Counted from the stretch's first letter, positions 1 to 14,499 are shown. The stretch: DNA of 64,000 bases from Tubulanus polymorphus (GCF_964204645.1 NC_134029.1:13666850-13730849), one strand, 5' to 3'. The notes: generated by a model from the sequence alone, not told the origin. Program-made: numbers and translations.

Positions 1-34
1 GCCGACTAGTCGCCTGTGGCATGTAAAGAGTTAA
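1..34. mobile_element. Possible terminus of a piggyBac-type element
   Basis: The sequence ...catgtaaagag is followed by TTAA at 31-34, resembling a piggyBac end and target site. The partner end is outside the window. Confidence 0.3.
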
Positions 35-1411
35 TACTCTACTCAATACACAATATATTGCCTGGGCAGAAAATTAGTTTAGAGAATAGACTGGCATAAT
101 GTATACTCTGTACCATGCTGCCATCTGGCCGAATAAATCTAGACAATAAACATAATGGTTGACTGAAGAATAGTCTTTTGTTTGTTACATGGTGTCAGAA
201 ATAGCTGGAAAAGATCCATGTCCATCGGAGTAGTTGCTTGAATGCATAGTGGTAATGACGGATACATTCAGAGATTAGAACGCCGACCTTCAACCTCTGC
301 AGTACTTTTTCGAGTTACAAACCCAAACCAGATGATGGCGCAGCCGTTAGCACTTGCGAGTGCCGTAGGCGCAAATCAATTTGGGGGGTTTGGTGCCATC
401 CTCAAAGAAAATTTTTGAAATTAAAAGCGTTTTCCGAGCACTTAAGAGTGATCTTGAACCCATGAACGACTATTATATTTTGGAAGGTAATGGCTATATC
501 CTCATTAGATGACAATCAGCATCTCATGCATTACGGGTCGAGCCCTGAATTATTGCAGTAAATATGCGCTGATAAATGCTCACTAAAAATCATCGAAGGC
601 GTTAGGCACGCGTGGCAACAGTAGTAGGCCTATATACATTACTACTGTTGCCGCGCGCGCGTGTCTATACAACTGATCGATAAAATACATACACATCGTA
701 GTAGATACAAATCAGTGTTGCAATGCAATATGCGACGGTAAGTAAAACAGGCACTAAATGCGATAATATTTGACATAAATCTAAATTATTTTGCTAACAC
801 TTTACTCACACTTTTGTTCGCTAAGATTTTCATTTATATGATATTCATATATATGGAATTATTTGAGTAATTAGATAATAGTTGTTTTAGATTACAGGTT
901 GAAAGGTTGAGTGAGTAAACAAGAGGCCCATGGGCCTTGAAGCATTGGAAGATTATACTGCGGTATTAAGTGGTTATAATATTTTACATCTGCCGGCAAA
1001 TCTTCTATGACGATGTTGATTGGGAGGACCACAGACTTAAAGTTCTATTTGTCTAGTACCATTTTATTCCTGAAAATGAATTTATTTTCTGCCGAACGAT
1101 TTAGCCTAGGCTATTTGGACTGTTAAACCTCATTAATGCGATTCTGTTAAAAAGACAAAACTAGTTTATTCTGATGTTTTCCATCATGTCCCAGCCAAGA
1201 TATTTATATCAATCAATATTTGGATACAAAAACCCATTTTTACGCATGAACTGTTAGGCCCCACTGAATAATGAAAGCAAAAACAGAACGATTTTTCTGA
1301 ATGCAATTGCAAGACCCTCTGATCTTAGAGCTCCAAGCTCTGATGCATGTACGCATGCAAAACGTCGCAGAGAGCGATGCCGGCGTTGGTGTCACTGAGG
1401 CCGGCTGATGA

Positions 1412-1634
1412 TTGTTTGTTTGTCTTTTTGTTTGTTTGGCTTCATGTACGTCGTTTGGATCTTGGTTTCCCAAGACTATTCCTATTGGATTGTTCATTTA
1501 ACCTCACGACGGTAGGGCCTTTGAAGTGTTGCCCCCACACTGTTTGCAGCCAGCAGGACTCGAACCCACTTGTCACTCAGCATTAATAGTGGATTCAACA
1601 GCATCACGCCTTATCCCACTGAGCTACCGAGGCC
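1412..1634 (-). mobile_element. tRNA-derived SINE
   Basis: The minus-strand head has A-box TAGCTCAGTGG and B-box GGTTCGAGTCC (1556-1566), then a unique body and a (CAAA)n-like tail at 1412-1438. Confidence 0.75.
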
Positions 1635-2679
1635 GCTCGATTCAATTCCAAAAAACTACAGCAGCGGCAAATAACCATCGCAATATTGCAATTTACGACA
1701 AACAACGCGTAAATTCAATCACTGTTGTTTAACGCATGGAAAAGATAATAAAGGTAGTTTTTCCCTGCGCGCATTACAAAGCGAATCTCTGCCGAGTGCT
1801 TAAGAGGGTGGTACCGCCTTATGAGTGCGCAGCAGGCGGGTAGGGCGTCCTAAAGTGAAAACTTATATTAGAATAAAGCTGAATCGAATTTTACAATGTC
1901 GGTCAACTGATTGATGATACAACATGGTTGTTCTCGGCGTACTTAACAATGATATTTTCCTCCAATAAACAACTCTGGTAAAATTGAATAAAATCTTTAT
2001 TGGTGATATCGTATCATGGTGGTAGCCTACCGTTTACCGTTTGATGTTTCGTGTCATCATGAAATGGTTTTAACTTTAGTAAAGGTGTTCCCGCACGATC
2101 ACATATGGGTTTCAGTCACGAGTAGGCTGCCGTTCCACTGCTCTAGAAGTACGTATTCTGATGCTGAGAATTAATCCCAAATAATCCCACGGATACTGAT
2201 AGTTGGAATAACAGTGATATCCAAACACTGTGATATTTATAAACCGGAGGTACATAATTTTATGTTTTTCTATTCAGAAGAGGCTGTTCCCCATTCTTTA
2301 CTGCCAATGTCAATGCGGACATATCGTTACGCGATTGTTTAACCCGCTCTCATCAACCAGATAATGAACGAGAAAAATGCGATCGAATAACTTTTTGGAC
2401 CATTAAATCAGAAATCTGGCGACGCTATGTTGTGGGGAATAATCGAAACATTTTTTTTAGTAATTTTCAGCTGTTTCTAATGTTTTACGTGAACGGAGTG
2501 ACAATTTGAAGTTACTATGAAAATGAGAAGAGTTGGCGCTATTTTTTCGTACTACTATTTTCAATCCATTTTACTAGCATTGGCATGACGTCATCCAATG
2601 CTAAAAATAAAAATAAATTCGAGCTTGCGATTTTTTTCTATTTTTAATGAGCTTGTGGTCCGCACAATTTAAGATTCAT

Positions 2680-3545
2680 CACGAGGCTGCAGAGCAGTCC
2701 AAAAAGATTGCCAAGACGCAGTGCGCCCTTTTACTACATGCAGCAGGGCATGAAGCTCAGGAGATCTATCAATCATTCACGCTTGCGGCGGATGAGTACA
2801 AAGAATATTACCAGGTAATCATTAAAAAGTTTGATGAGTTCACCCATCCTTTGAAAAATGAAATTTTCGAGAGGTTCAAATTCTGGTCTTGCGATCAGAT
2901 TGATGGCGAAAGCTTAGATCAATGGGTCACTGATATGCGCACACACGCATCCACCTGTGAGTTTGGAGCATCATCAGATAAAATGCTGAGAGACAAGTTG
3001 GTTTTTGGAGTAGCTGATAAGCACGTTAAGGAACGATTACTCCATGATTCAGACTTCACATTGCAGAAAGCACTTGATGTTTGTCGTGCTTCCGAAGCAA
3101 GTACTTCAGATAAAATGCTGAGAGACAAGTTGATTTTTGGAGTATCTGATAAGCGCATTAAGGAACGATTACTCCGTGATTCAGACTTCACATGGTAGAA
3201 AGCACTTGATGTTTGTAGTACAAAGCAAGCACAGCACAGATTAAAATGATGACTGGAAAAGACCCTGTTGTAAACTTTGATGGCAGAAAGGTTGCTTTCA
3301 ACAGTCCAAAAATAACCGCCGTGATGATAGTGCAAGGGCGCTGAAACCTTGCAAGAAGAAGAAGCGAGTCTGTCCCGCATATGGGAAGAAGTGCAGCAAG
3401 TGCCAGCGCCTTAACCACTTTGCCAAGGTTTGTTAATCCGCAAATTAACCTCCTGATGGAAGATGAAGGAATCTGTTTGCATGTATCAAGTAGACGCGCA
3501 TACCAGTGATGATGATGGGTTTTTCATCAGTGCTCTCTTCGTCGG
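2680..3545 (+). mobile_element. Ty3/Gypsy LTR-retrotransposon gag fragment (decayed)
   Basis: Gag-like ORF (ERFKF...Q..GES.DQW...C.F...MLRDKLVFGV.D) plus a CCHC zinc knuckle CSKCQRLNHFAKVC at about 3392-3433. Stops are present, and there is an internal duplication with a 132-bp offset. Confidence 0.8.
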
Positions 3546-4078
3546 TAAGTTATCCGTTCAAAAATTATTTATTGACGCCTTTGGTTACATGAACAGATCA
3601 GCAATATTCCTAAATAAAATAACCGGTATAACAAGAATACAACAATATAAAAGAGGTAACAACAAACAAATGCTCGTAAACCTGTCGGACTCGTGAACGC
3701 CAGACTCGTGAAGTCTTGGACTCGGACCTGATATTCTCGGAGCATTCCTCTTTTGGACGAATTATCGGTACATGTGTATTCAGGTTCAATTTAATTCTTT
3801 ATTTACAGTTACCTAGTAACTAATTTTAAGTTTCAAATAGGATAGACAGTGCAATTAGACAATCCGCTGGTTCAGAGAGACCGTTATTACGCTATCAATT
3901 TATACGTTTCTTTTAGAACCTGTCAGTTGCCGAATCTGAATGAAGATGGATTTTATTTGACGAAAAGAGGCGGAAAATAAATAATAATAATAATAATCAG
4001 CAGAATTACAAGAGGGTTTTCATCGAAAGTCAGAAAACCCTAATTACAGAATTATAAAATGTAACATATAGCTCTTAC

Positions 4079-4241
4079 ATTAGGTTTTGTTGCTTCCTTT
4101 TTCAATAAGAATGCTACAGTGTCACGATCTTCTCTCGAGAAATATAGTCGACAATATGCTCGTTGACCGTCTCGTCCCGCACGACCCGATTCCTGATAAT
4201 ACCCTGCCATTGCTTGAGGCATATTCCAATGAGCCACAAAC
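4079..4241 (-). CDS. RECQL5: RECQL5 coding exon 4 (helicase motif VI); gene continues beyond the left edge
   Basis: Reads [40 protein letters not shown]. The tttgtag|G acceptor completes the Arg codon from exon 3; donor is AAT|gtaag. Confidence 0.93.
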
Positions 4242-5863
4242 CTACAAATCAGTATCAAAAACAATTCCATATCGTCAAACTATTTGCCATATTTGCCAGC
4301 ATATGAGTTGAGAAAAAACCATATTCAGAAAAAAAAGGTCGACTTATACTGGGGATGAAAACATAGGTGTTTGAACAACATGGAAATATTAGAAGTAAAA
4401 TTATCAGGCTAACAGTTGTGAGTACGGGTGGTGCAAAGTCCCTCCTCAAGAGAATTTTGGCACATATGAAGCCCATTTTCTATCACTCAAGACAAACACA
4501 GAGTGCCTAAATTAATGCAATAACTAATTTCATTAAGTACATAGGCTATGCTTTGTTGAATGATCTGAAGCGCGCGACCGCAGACTCTTAATATAAGCAA
4601 TACATGTGTATATATTAATGATTTGTTGAATGTGCATAGACAGTGGGTCTAGACAATTGGCCGATCGATGTTTCGCAAATTATGTAAAAAAGATTTCAGA
4701 GATCGTAGCTTCGGTTTTATAAGACGCTTATATGGTCAGTACATTAAGCGTGCTACGATCTAAACTCTTATCTTTTCCCCAAGACCCTACCCCCCCATCA
4801 TTTTCTCAACAAATTTACATCAATCTCAAGATTGATAAAAATGGACCCCTTAGCGGAAGATTTTCATCCCGCATTATGCCAGGTACACTTAGAAATTAAT
4901 AAAATTTAAGATTGGCTTATGTCAACAGATGCGACGCCTACCGACACAAGTGAGAGCAGCCGGGATCGCAGCCCAGCTTATTTCCATTCCGATTCACAGC
5001 AACTGAGGCTGTCTAGCAGTTTACGAGATCTGCCCAGTTTCTCCCCTGCTAATGTCAAATACGATTACTGGAAACTGCAACGGCTCAGATAGTCATATGA
5101 TAAGCATTTGGGGAATAAGTTCAAATTACCTTGAATTATTTGAAAATAAATTTCCATTTGAAAAGCTATTTCTTTAAGATCTTAATTTTTCTATTCTTTT
5201 TTTAATACAATCTGCTAGCGACATCATATAGACACCATCATTTTACCAATTTCGTTTCTAGATATTCAGTCCATCATCTGCCGTGCTGAAGGTTTGGTTT
5301 GCGTGAGATACTACTTGAATTTGAAAGTCTGTGACATGATACTAATGATGCAAACTAGCGGTCAAAATTAGTACTATGTAGGCCTATATTCGGCAGTGTG
5401 GTCAATATTTATCTTTTGACATATTTTTTGCCGATGAGTCTGTAGGTGTCGGGTTGCTGTTACAAGCTGGTTAATGACGAAAAGATACCAGCAACAATTG
5501 TCGGCGTCTCGTAGGCAATAAACCCAGTTGTGTCGGCAGAAATCGGGAGACTTGTAGACAAATAAGCCAGCCTTTAGATTTCAATAAGCTAACCATACAT
5601 TGGACTTCACTCATGTGCAAATTATGAATAAGGAATCGCAAAGAATATTTTATCATAGTTTGGAAATGAGAGAAATACAGTGTAGATCCAAATTTTCGAA
5701 ATGTTGTTTTTAAGCGCATGAAGAAAAGGGTTGATTGGGAATGCAGAGTATAGACGATGCACAAATTTTTCAATTGAAAACTTACCTCAACTCATACGCC
5801 AGCAAATACAGCATCTAAATTTGTCAACAAATGAACATAAAATGCAATCTTTCATCATCTTAC

Positions 5864-6081
5864 CTTACATTAGCTTTATCAATTCCCATACCAAAACTTA
5901 TAGTAGCAACAATCACTGGAATTTTTCCATCCATCCAGTCCCGTTGAACATCAGTTCGAATTGAGTCACTCAAACCAGCATGATATGCTTTTGCTGGAAT
6001 TCCTTTACGAGACAATCGACTTGCAAGTTCTGAGCATGCTTCACGCTTCCGACAGTAGACAATACCACAACCATAATCATC
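5864..6081 (-). CDS. RECQL5: RECQL5 coding exon 3 (helicase C-terminal domain)
   Basis: Manual translation [73 protein letters not shown]. Phase-0 AG acceptor and AG|gtaag phase-2 donor. Confidence 0.93.
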
Positions 6082-6161
6082 CTTTTTTATATAAGGTTAA
6101 AAATACATGTTACATCACAAAAAAGCCGTCTTCCAAACACAACAATTATGTAAACAACATA

Positions 6162-6295
6162 CAGTAAAACCTCTCTTAGTAAACACCTCCTTTAGTGAAC
6201 ACTTCAGGCAGGAACCAAATTTTTCCTACTCATTTTCAAGTAAACAGAACCTCCATTTAGTGAACACCTCTCTATATTTAACAGTGAACACTCCA
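6162..6295 (+). mobile_element. Tc1/mariner-pogo-type MITE left end
   Basis: TA followed by CAGTAAAACCTC, with repeated tagtgaacacc subterminal motifs. No right end found. Confidence 0.45.
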
Positions 6296-6867
6296 TAGTT
6301 TGCAAGTAGACTGAATGTTATCAGTATAGGTGTTCATCATATGCCATATTAATATAATCCATGGTCATTCAATTGTCTTGAATATTCCACTGTACCCACT
6401 TAGTTTAACAAAGTGCTTGACAATCTATAAATTCTACTTATGCACCTAATACCATAATCATAGAAAATGCCAGGATCTATAACTTTCAATTGATGGCTGT
6501 TAAAAATTTCCAAGTGGTACTGATATACATGACGTATGCATAGGTACCAAGGGTAATTTCACTATTTACGGCGTTGTCATATGACAGAAACACTGAATCG
6601 CGGAACATTCCCAAACTATAGAATTTCTTCACTTTCACTATGAATAGTTACCGGTTTTCCAACAGGGAGACTCAGTGTCATGCAAGGCACCAGACCAATC
6701 GCTGCAACCGGACCAACTTTTTTGCACATGAAATCCCCTTAGCCATGGGAACAAATTTATAATGACAAATGCGGCAATTAGCATCATCACACAGTTCGAA
6801 TCCCGGAGAATCTTTGGATAAACTGGTCAGCCGACTGAATCGCCGAGGTGATCTTCAAGTGCCGACA

Positions 6868-8610
6868 AATAATAATAATAATAATAATTTATTTACTTAT
6901 AAAGCGCATTTCTATAAAGTATAATCATTGCACTTCACATCATCAAAAGATAAGACAGAAGCAGATTAAAACACTAATTGCACAGTTTTCTAAAATAAAA
7001 AGTTTTTAATCGTGATTTGAAACATGACACAGTTGGACTTTCACAAATTTCCTGTGGTAAAACATTCCATAAATTTGGTGCCATGAAAGTAAAAGCATTA
7101 CATCCAGTAACACAGCTGTTATTATGTTTGACTAAAATCGATGGATCATTGTTAGATCTAAGTGGTCGACTAGGAACATACAAAGTTAAAAGAATGCTAC
7201 GAGTTATCACTGGAATACACTGGAGCAATACCATTAAGACATTTATATACAAGTAATAACACTTTAAAATTAACTCTTTCTGAGATGGGCAGCCATGCAA
7301 ATCGCGTAAAATAGGAGTAATATGGTCATATTTTCTAGCCCTAACGATTAAACGAGCTGCATTATTCAGATACTGGTATGAGCAATATGAGATGCAGTAC
7401 CAGCCAACAGTGAGTTTGCGTAATCTAACCTGGAAACAACTAGAGAGTTAACAGCATTTTTACATGATTGGTGATCCAGAAGGTGGCGAATTTTACTAAT
7501 ACAATAAAGAAGATGATTTGCTTTGCGGCACAATATGATCTGACATTGACACGTTCTGGTCAAACAATACCCCTAGATTATTAATTACTTTACTAGGCAG
7601 AATAATCTCATCATCAATTTTCAAAACGATATCACTCGGTAATTTCTTGAGTGCCTGAGGGAACGCCACTAGAGCAAAGTCGGTTTTATCACCATTAGCC
7701 TGGAATTTGTTCACATGCATCCAGTTAGAGAGGACTCTGGTTGAATTACTGGGTACAGACAGAGCTTCATACACTTGCTCGCAATGTTGTTGGGATTAGC
7801 AACTTTGTACAATTGGTCGTCATCAGCAAAGATATGGTAAGGATGATTAAACGACCTTATAATTTTACCAATTGGTTATACAATTTAAAAAGTATAGGCC
7901 CCAGGACTGAACTTGGGGCACACCACAAAGTAATGGCTAGCTAGACGATTTGGAACCATTTTGTAACAGTTTGTGTTCTGCCAGTAAGATAGGATGATAA
8001 AAGTTTCAAAATATTGTCATTAAAACCAAAATCTGCCCGAAGGCGATTTAATAACACAGAATGATCTATAGTGTCAAAAGCAGCTGACAGGTCTTATTAG
8101 CAATCAAACAGCTTAGGTGGGTCATATGGTTCCATGTGGAAAATTGGTTTAACTATATTTGAATCCAAATCATTTCGAATTGTCATTACTTTATCATTAA
8201 AGAAATCACTAAACATTTCACTAATTTCAGCAGAGTTCCCAGCTGGTAATTTCTTTGCATTCTTATTAAGCTTTGATCTTCCTTGTCCTGTAACGCCGAT
8301 GCATAATCATTATAAGAATTAACCAAATTGTTAACACTTCGGCAGTGCACTGCATTGACTGACTCCACGAGCGTTGAACAAAAATCAGCTGGATTAACAC
8401 TGCAATGGTTTCTTGAAGTAGGAGTCTCATAAGTTCTGGCTTGTTTCGCAAAATATCTAAATCGGGAATCCACAAATATAGAATGATGATCTGATATCAT
8501 TGACTTAAACACTTGAACATCTTTGATGACATATCTATTGAACGAGATAAAACAAGGTCAATTGTATAACCTTTCTTATGGGTAGGACCAGATACGTGTT
8601 GTATAAAGCC
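6868..8610 (-). mobile_element. L2/CR1-clade LINE, decayed with internal deletions
   Basis: APE endonuclease end (PTHKKGYTIDLV, ISDHH), RT motifs (SVLGP, FADDDQLY), SRLDYANSLL, APNLWNVLP and FKSRLKT. The 3' end reads gcgctttataa followed by a (TTA)n tail. Confidence 0.88.
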
Positions 8611-9654
8611 ATTTGCTGGCAGAAAACTGTGTGCTTAACCACCCAAAATTGTACCCTTTAAAGTCGGTATGAAAAGATTTTGGTCAATTTTATGTTTGTG
8701 TTTTTGGAAAATGAAAAGCAATATCTAAGATCTGTCCTTTAGGCAATAGGGAATGTGCCTGCTTTAACTGTGAAAAAGGTGCCCTGTTTCTTGAAATGAA
8801 ACTGCCTCTCAAAACAGCTTGACCCTGAAACACTAGGCGATTTTACCAATAATTTCGTTTAATCACCTGGAAGAGTGTCCCCCGACGAATGTGCAGCAGT
8901 CAATTCCAAGGGAACGTGGTTCATGGGGTTTTTGCTAATACAGTTTAATATTAAGTGCCCTTTCTTCAATCATGTGACTAAATAAGATATATCATAGGCC
9001 TATATATTATAGCCTTGATCATTCACCATGCAACCATATTAAGAAAAAAAATATTTTGTTCCTAGGGCCTTGTCTCTCTAGAAAGCAAGTCACAATGGAT
9101 ACATTTTCTGATGACATTTTAACTTTTTCCGTGTTGAATATGTTATTGATTAATGGTATTCAGCTGTGATGAATTAGTTTCACTGTTTTAGACAATTTTG
9201 TGGTATTTTTTTCAAAGCCTTATTATTGCAGTCGGTCTAATTAAAATAGCATAATTAATAAAAGTTATAATTTTCTTGGAGCTTATGACCTCAGCTACCA
9301 GATTATTTTCAAAATTACAATTTGGGGTCTTGGGGGGTCAAGTACACCCCTCAAAGCAGAAAAATTTTGCAGTATATATTCACTATGTAAAACTTCTTAA
9401 AACATTGTATATATATTAAAAAAGATCTGATCAATAACTGCCATCCATTTCCTCAGTTTGTTCTGCCTACTATTGAATTCCTTTTCAGCTCATGATGTGA
9501 TTGATTATCTCAGAGAACAGTGACATCCCTCTTGAGTACATTTGGTTTTTAGACACCGGGGCGCTGCAAATTGAAAATTGATGAAAATGAAAAAAAAATA
9601 TAATTCTGATAAATTTTATTAATCAAACTGCTACAAATAAAAATTACATTATTG

Positions 9655-10490
9655 AAATGTATTTGTGATACAAATTGAAGCATTTCTGGGATGTAACGGT
9701 GGATTATCGGGACACGTACTGCAGTAGTACGAAGTTTCAAGTCGCCGTGCTGCTCGATCAGAGGACATTTTGCAGTCATGTGTTTTTCTGTCAGCAGTTT
9801 GCTCTTGCTGGTGGAAAGACCCATCTAATCATTGTTCAGGCCGACCATAACTCGGACGTCCACACTTCATTGGGGGTTCACGGTCGCCCATTCGCACTAG
9901 ATTCTAAACTAATTCCCTGCAAAATTGCATCAGAGTGTATTCATGTAATCCTCTGTGCAGTTTGTAAAGAAAGCACAAATTCGTGTCGCAACTTTTTAAG
10001 AGCCAAAAGAAGACCTTTCACCACTACTTAACGGGCTTACACATGGATTCATAATAATTGTTGAGCTGATCGTGTTTGTCAACACCCGACATATGATTAT
10101 TGTAATCCACAACGACACTAGGCCTTTTTACTTTTTTGGTTGGATTGCGTCGAACATATATCTCTTCAATCTCAGGTCCCTTTCCATATGACGAAATCAT
10201 GGGGACAGCATGCTTATCTCTCTAATTCAGTAGCAACGTATCGTCACTCCGATAAGAAACGACATCACCGACAGGCACTACCGTTGGATATTTGATTTCA
10301 GCTTGATTTAGAATTTTCGTTCCGGTGTAATGAAATCTCTTGTCATAAAGGTTTCCAGTGAGAGGAATTGAGCTATATAATCCATCACAGTAAACGTGTT
10401 GTCCCCGCCCTACAAATGGTTTCAAAACTTCGATTACATATTGCAAGTTGTACTTAGGCTATAGTCGGTGTATAAGCTGAGTCCCGTCTT
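9655..10490 (-). mobile_element. piggyBac (PGBD4-like) transposase, C-terminal fragment
   Basis: Motifs HVYCDGLYSSIPL, YTGT and KPSVVVDYNNHMSGVDKHDQ, plus the Cys-rich tail (TSYYCSTCPDNPPLHP-KCFNLYH). Frameshifted. Confidence 0.85.
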
Positions 10491-10999
10491 CATGTCTTTA
10501 CATATGTCACTTTTTGAAAACATTGCTACGGTCATTCTCATAGAAGTTGAGAGTCTTTACCACTGTTTGTAATCATTGGGATCTGTTGTTTCTGATAGTA
10601 AATTACCGGATGAGTGCGTATTGATTGTATCCATGTGTTGAATGTATTATATATACATTGAATGCCGCGCGCCTGTAGTCTAGTATTAGACTGCTGTGTA
10701 TTAATTATTGGCACGCTGCCACAGCAGCGCAGCTATATAAAGTGCTTTACAATTATAAACGCGGCCGCTTTTCTTTCTCATTTGATTTTTAATATCAGTT
10801 TATTTTGAACCATTTCCAAACTATAAGAAACTATTTTACTATTTCATTCTAAATTCTAATTGGTATGCGAGTGCAGCCTAACATAAATCAATATTCCATT
10901 TCATCATGGCTACCTTGAACTCTTAAACATCGGCAGTTTAAATGATATTGAAAGTGTATTCGATGCATATGTCGACCTACGTTTTTTGGACATGATTTT

Positions 11000-13260
11000 A
11001 GGTCTCAAAAACACGACTTATACACCGGGAAATACGGTAAGTTCTTATCATGTCCGCAGTAGAGGATAGCATTGAGCAAGTAGTATCCTTATCTCTAGGT
11101 ATGGACATTGCTTCATTAGCACCACCTGCTGAAGGCATAGGGTTGTCTGAAGTGTGCCACTATTATCACACAGCCCTTGAAAACATACTTGACACCCATG
11201 CCCCGCTCAAGAAGATGGTCATCAATGTTGAGCCTTCTTATCCATGGTTCAACGATGAACTGCGTCATGCTCGTTCCACTAAAAGGGCAGCCGAACGGAG
11301 GTGGAAGGATACTCAACTTACGGTACATTTTCAAATGTTTCATAGCGTGCGCAACCACTACAACATACTTATTGCCAAGGCTAAGCGTGACTACCTGAAC
11401 AATAGAATAACTGATGCTGGTTCAGACACAAAAGCCATGCAACGCGTGTTCAATGAAATTCTTGTAAAGGACCGTACTTGTAGACTGCCAACGCATACTG
11501 CCGATAAGGCCAAACTAACTGATGAATTTTCCGACTTCTTAATTGGCAAAGTCAAAGACATTCAGAATCGTTTTGATCAAATGCGCCCAGCTAGAGATGA
11601 TCCACTATCATCCTGCCACCTTAATACACTTGATGAAGCTTCCGAAAGTGAAGTACGCAAAATCATAGTTTCTTCACCATCAAAGTCATGTGGTTTGGAC
11701 ATACTGTCTACGTGGCTAATTAAATATCCGGATGTCATACCTTCAATTGTAACAGTGTTTACCTCTATAATCAACCGCTCACTGTCTGATGGCTCTGTTC
11801 CAAAGTCATTAAAACCGGATCTGATTACACCCATTCTCAAAAAGCCAACATTGGATGCTGATGTCTTTAAAAACTATCGTCCAGTAAGCAATCTTACGTC
11901 TCTGTCTAAAGTTATTGAGCGAGTGGTGGCTGCTAGCTTATCTAGATACATGGAGGTGAACAACTTGCACGACCCCCTACAGTCAGCCTATAAGCGTAAC
12001 CATAGCACCGAAACTGCAATACTCAGGGTTCAGAATGATCTCAGGTGTATGGTGGACTCTACTTGTGCTCCTCGACTTAAGTGTTGCTTTCGACACTGTG
12101 GATCATGACATTCTCCTCACTCGCATGGAGAGTCTTCTTGGAATATCCGGTAGTGCACTTAGTTGGTTTCGATCCTATTTGAGTGAGCGCACACAAGCGG
12201 TGGTTATTGATGGTTGTCGATCAAACCCAAAGGTGCTAGACTGTGGTGTACCCCAGGGCTCGGTCCTTGGCCCCCTTCTGTTCCTAGTCTATGTATTGCC
12301 GCTTATGCATCTGTTTACTAGGGATATTGTAAAGCGACATGGCTTTGCAGATGACAAACAAACGTATGTTGCCTTGTCTTGCAAATTTGATGCGGATCTA
12401 TCCCAGCAGCTTAAAGAACTCCAGGACACCTTGAACAGGGTTCATTCATGGCTCTTTGAAAATAAACGCATGTGTAATCCGGATAAGTTCGAGGCCCTTC
12501 TCGTTGGAACTAAGCAGAGTTTGTTAATTCACATACCACCTCTGAATGTCGGCGGCGCCTTTATCCCAGTGCAGAAAGTACCGGTGAGAAACTTAGGTGT
12601 TATGTTTGATTCTTTCCTCTCCATGGACAGCCAAGTCAAAAGTGTGGCTCGTTCCGCCTCGTTTCATCTTAGGATTATTGGTTCTGCTCGTCGCTTCCTC
12701 ACGCAGAACTCAGCAAAAATGTTAACGCAGTCTTTAGTTCTGTAGCGATTAGACTATTGCAATAGCTGCTTGTATATCAGTGATTATCTTCTTCATAGAC
12801 TCCAACTTGTGCAAAATAGAGCTGCTAGGATTATTACACTCACTAAGTCACGTGATCGCATCTCTCCGATTCTCCGTTCACTTCATTGGCTACCAATACG
12901 CAAACGGATCTTATTTAAAGTTGCTTTGCTGGTTTTTAAGTGCCTCCATAACTTGGCACCCTCTTACCTCTCCAGCCAGTTTACAGACCAGTCCGAACAC
13001 TTCGTTCCGGGTCGCAGAACCTTTTGATAGTCAGATCATGTCGTCTTAAGTCATTCGGCGGACGCGCATTTGAGACATTTGCACCTACAGTGTGGAACTC
13101 CCTTCCGCAACCTCTCCGTGATATTGACTCTCTGCCAGCATTCAAAGCACAGCTCAAGACATTTCTGTTCAAGTCACCATCTTCGTCTGGAGAGCGCCTT
13201 GGATAATAGCCCTGCTATTTACAAGGCGCTATAGAAATTTACAATCCAATCCTATCCTAA
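11000..13260 (+). mobile_element. L2/CR1-clade LINE, 5'-truncated, inserted in the piggyBac
   Basis: ORF2 motifs PWFN, NYRPVSNL, QSAYKRNHSTETA, LLDLSVAFDTVDH, GVPQGSVLGP, FADD, LHWLP and FKAQLKT. The 3' end is gcgctatagaaat with a CAATC/CTATC-type tail. A few frameshifts and stops. Confidence 0.92.
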
Positions 13261-13700
13261 GTATCCAGTGTGGACAAGCAGCGGTTTTTGCAATTAGTCC
13301 CCACTTGGTAGGTTTTGCCTGACAGTACATTTTTGAACGATATCCTTCCTTTGAACCCAATAATGGATTCATCCATTGATTTCTGTTCGAATGCAGACTA
13401 GAAGAGTTTCGGTCAGTTGCTCCTGTAGCGGTGTTATCTTGTGAGCTCATCCATGAGCAGACTTGTCTCGAGGATCAGAATGACAAGCGTGTAACATGGT
13501 ATCATATAATATCAAACAGGAAAGAAATTCTAAAAATGGGCTTGCTGACATGATTGTACTGAAAGCTTGCTTGGTGGTTTTGTACTTCTGTTGTAGAATT
13601 AATCGAACTTTGAACTGATTACTTTTTAAAGAACGAGCTAAGAGATCGGTGTTGTCTTTCATCACTACATGAAATGTTACACACATGGGGACTGGGAATC
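13261..13700 (-). mobile_element. piggyBac transposase, middle fragment
   Basis: SMDESIIGFKGRISF and MYCQAKPTKWGL...TGY cover the first catalytic Asp region. The fragment abuts the L2 tail exactly; its upper boundary is uncertain. Confidence 0.75.
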
Positions 13701-14499
13701 GGAATGGTTTTATTGTGGACGTGGACCATGTTAGTGCAAGCTTTTGGATAGTTGTTATTTGAATATTGTAGTGTCTTAACGGAATCTATCATGTTGATAA
13801 TTGCTAGATTACTTATCGGATTGTGTTGAAATGATTTTGCATAGAAACATTTACGTGACTAACTCGAGTGACTTCAGGTGAAGAGAAGCGAACACGAAAA
13901 TAGATAGGAGCCACGATTTTTCTTTTTAAAATAATTAAGACATTAAGCAAGAATAAGTTGCCTTTCCTTCAAATGACAACCCACTACGATCATCCGATAA
14001 AGTTTATTGCCACCATAGACTACCCCCCCTGGCTCTTTGGAGACAGGGAACCAGTCTTCAATTCAATTCAGAATTTATTTTACAGCAAAGCGGTTTTTAA
14101 GTTTTAGATATTTTAACTGAAAAATATGAATGTCCATACAGAGATTTTTCAAATGGTCGCTAACGCAAGCACCCAATGAAAGTAAAAGGAAATAAAAAGA
14201 ATTTTTAAAAACGTGAAAGTAAATGTTTTATTGTGAAATTTTATTTGTCAATAAAGAATGAATTGAATTGTCGGCAGTACTATGCCGCGCATGAATACCA
14301 ATTTCAAGACTGATCACGCACGCTCAACCAAGGTTGGAATGCGCTGCTGAAATAACAAAAACGATTAAACAAAATCATAAAACAATGAAAACGACAACCG
14401 ATATAGCCAATTATACGAAAGGAACCTAGATTTTATCACTGCATTAAATGTGTGTAAATATCAGAGCCCAAGAAAGTTTCTAACGAAAGTTATCGACTC

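Noticed and set aside
200-310. BEL/Pao 3' integrase-tail remnant (W...G.V...H.G.DG.I)
   Set aside because: The similarity is too short and degenerate to support.
1545-1634. Functional tRNA gene
   Set aside because: A and B boxes are present, but there is no convincing acceptor or anticodon stem and it continues into a SINE-like body and tail.
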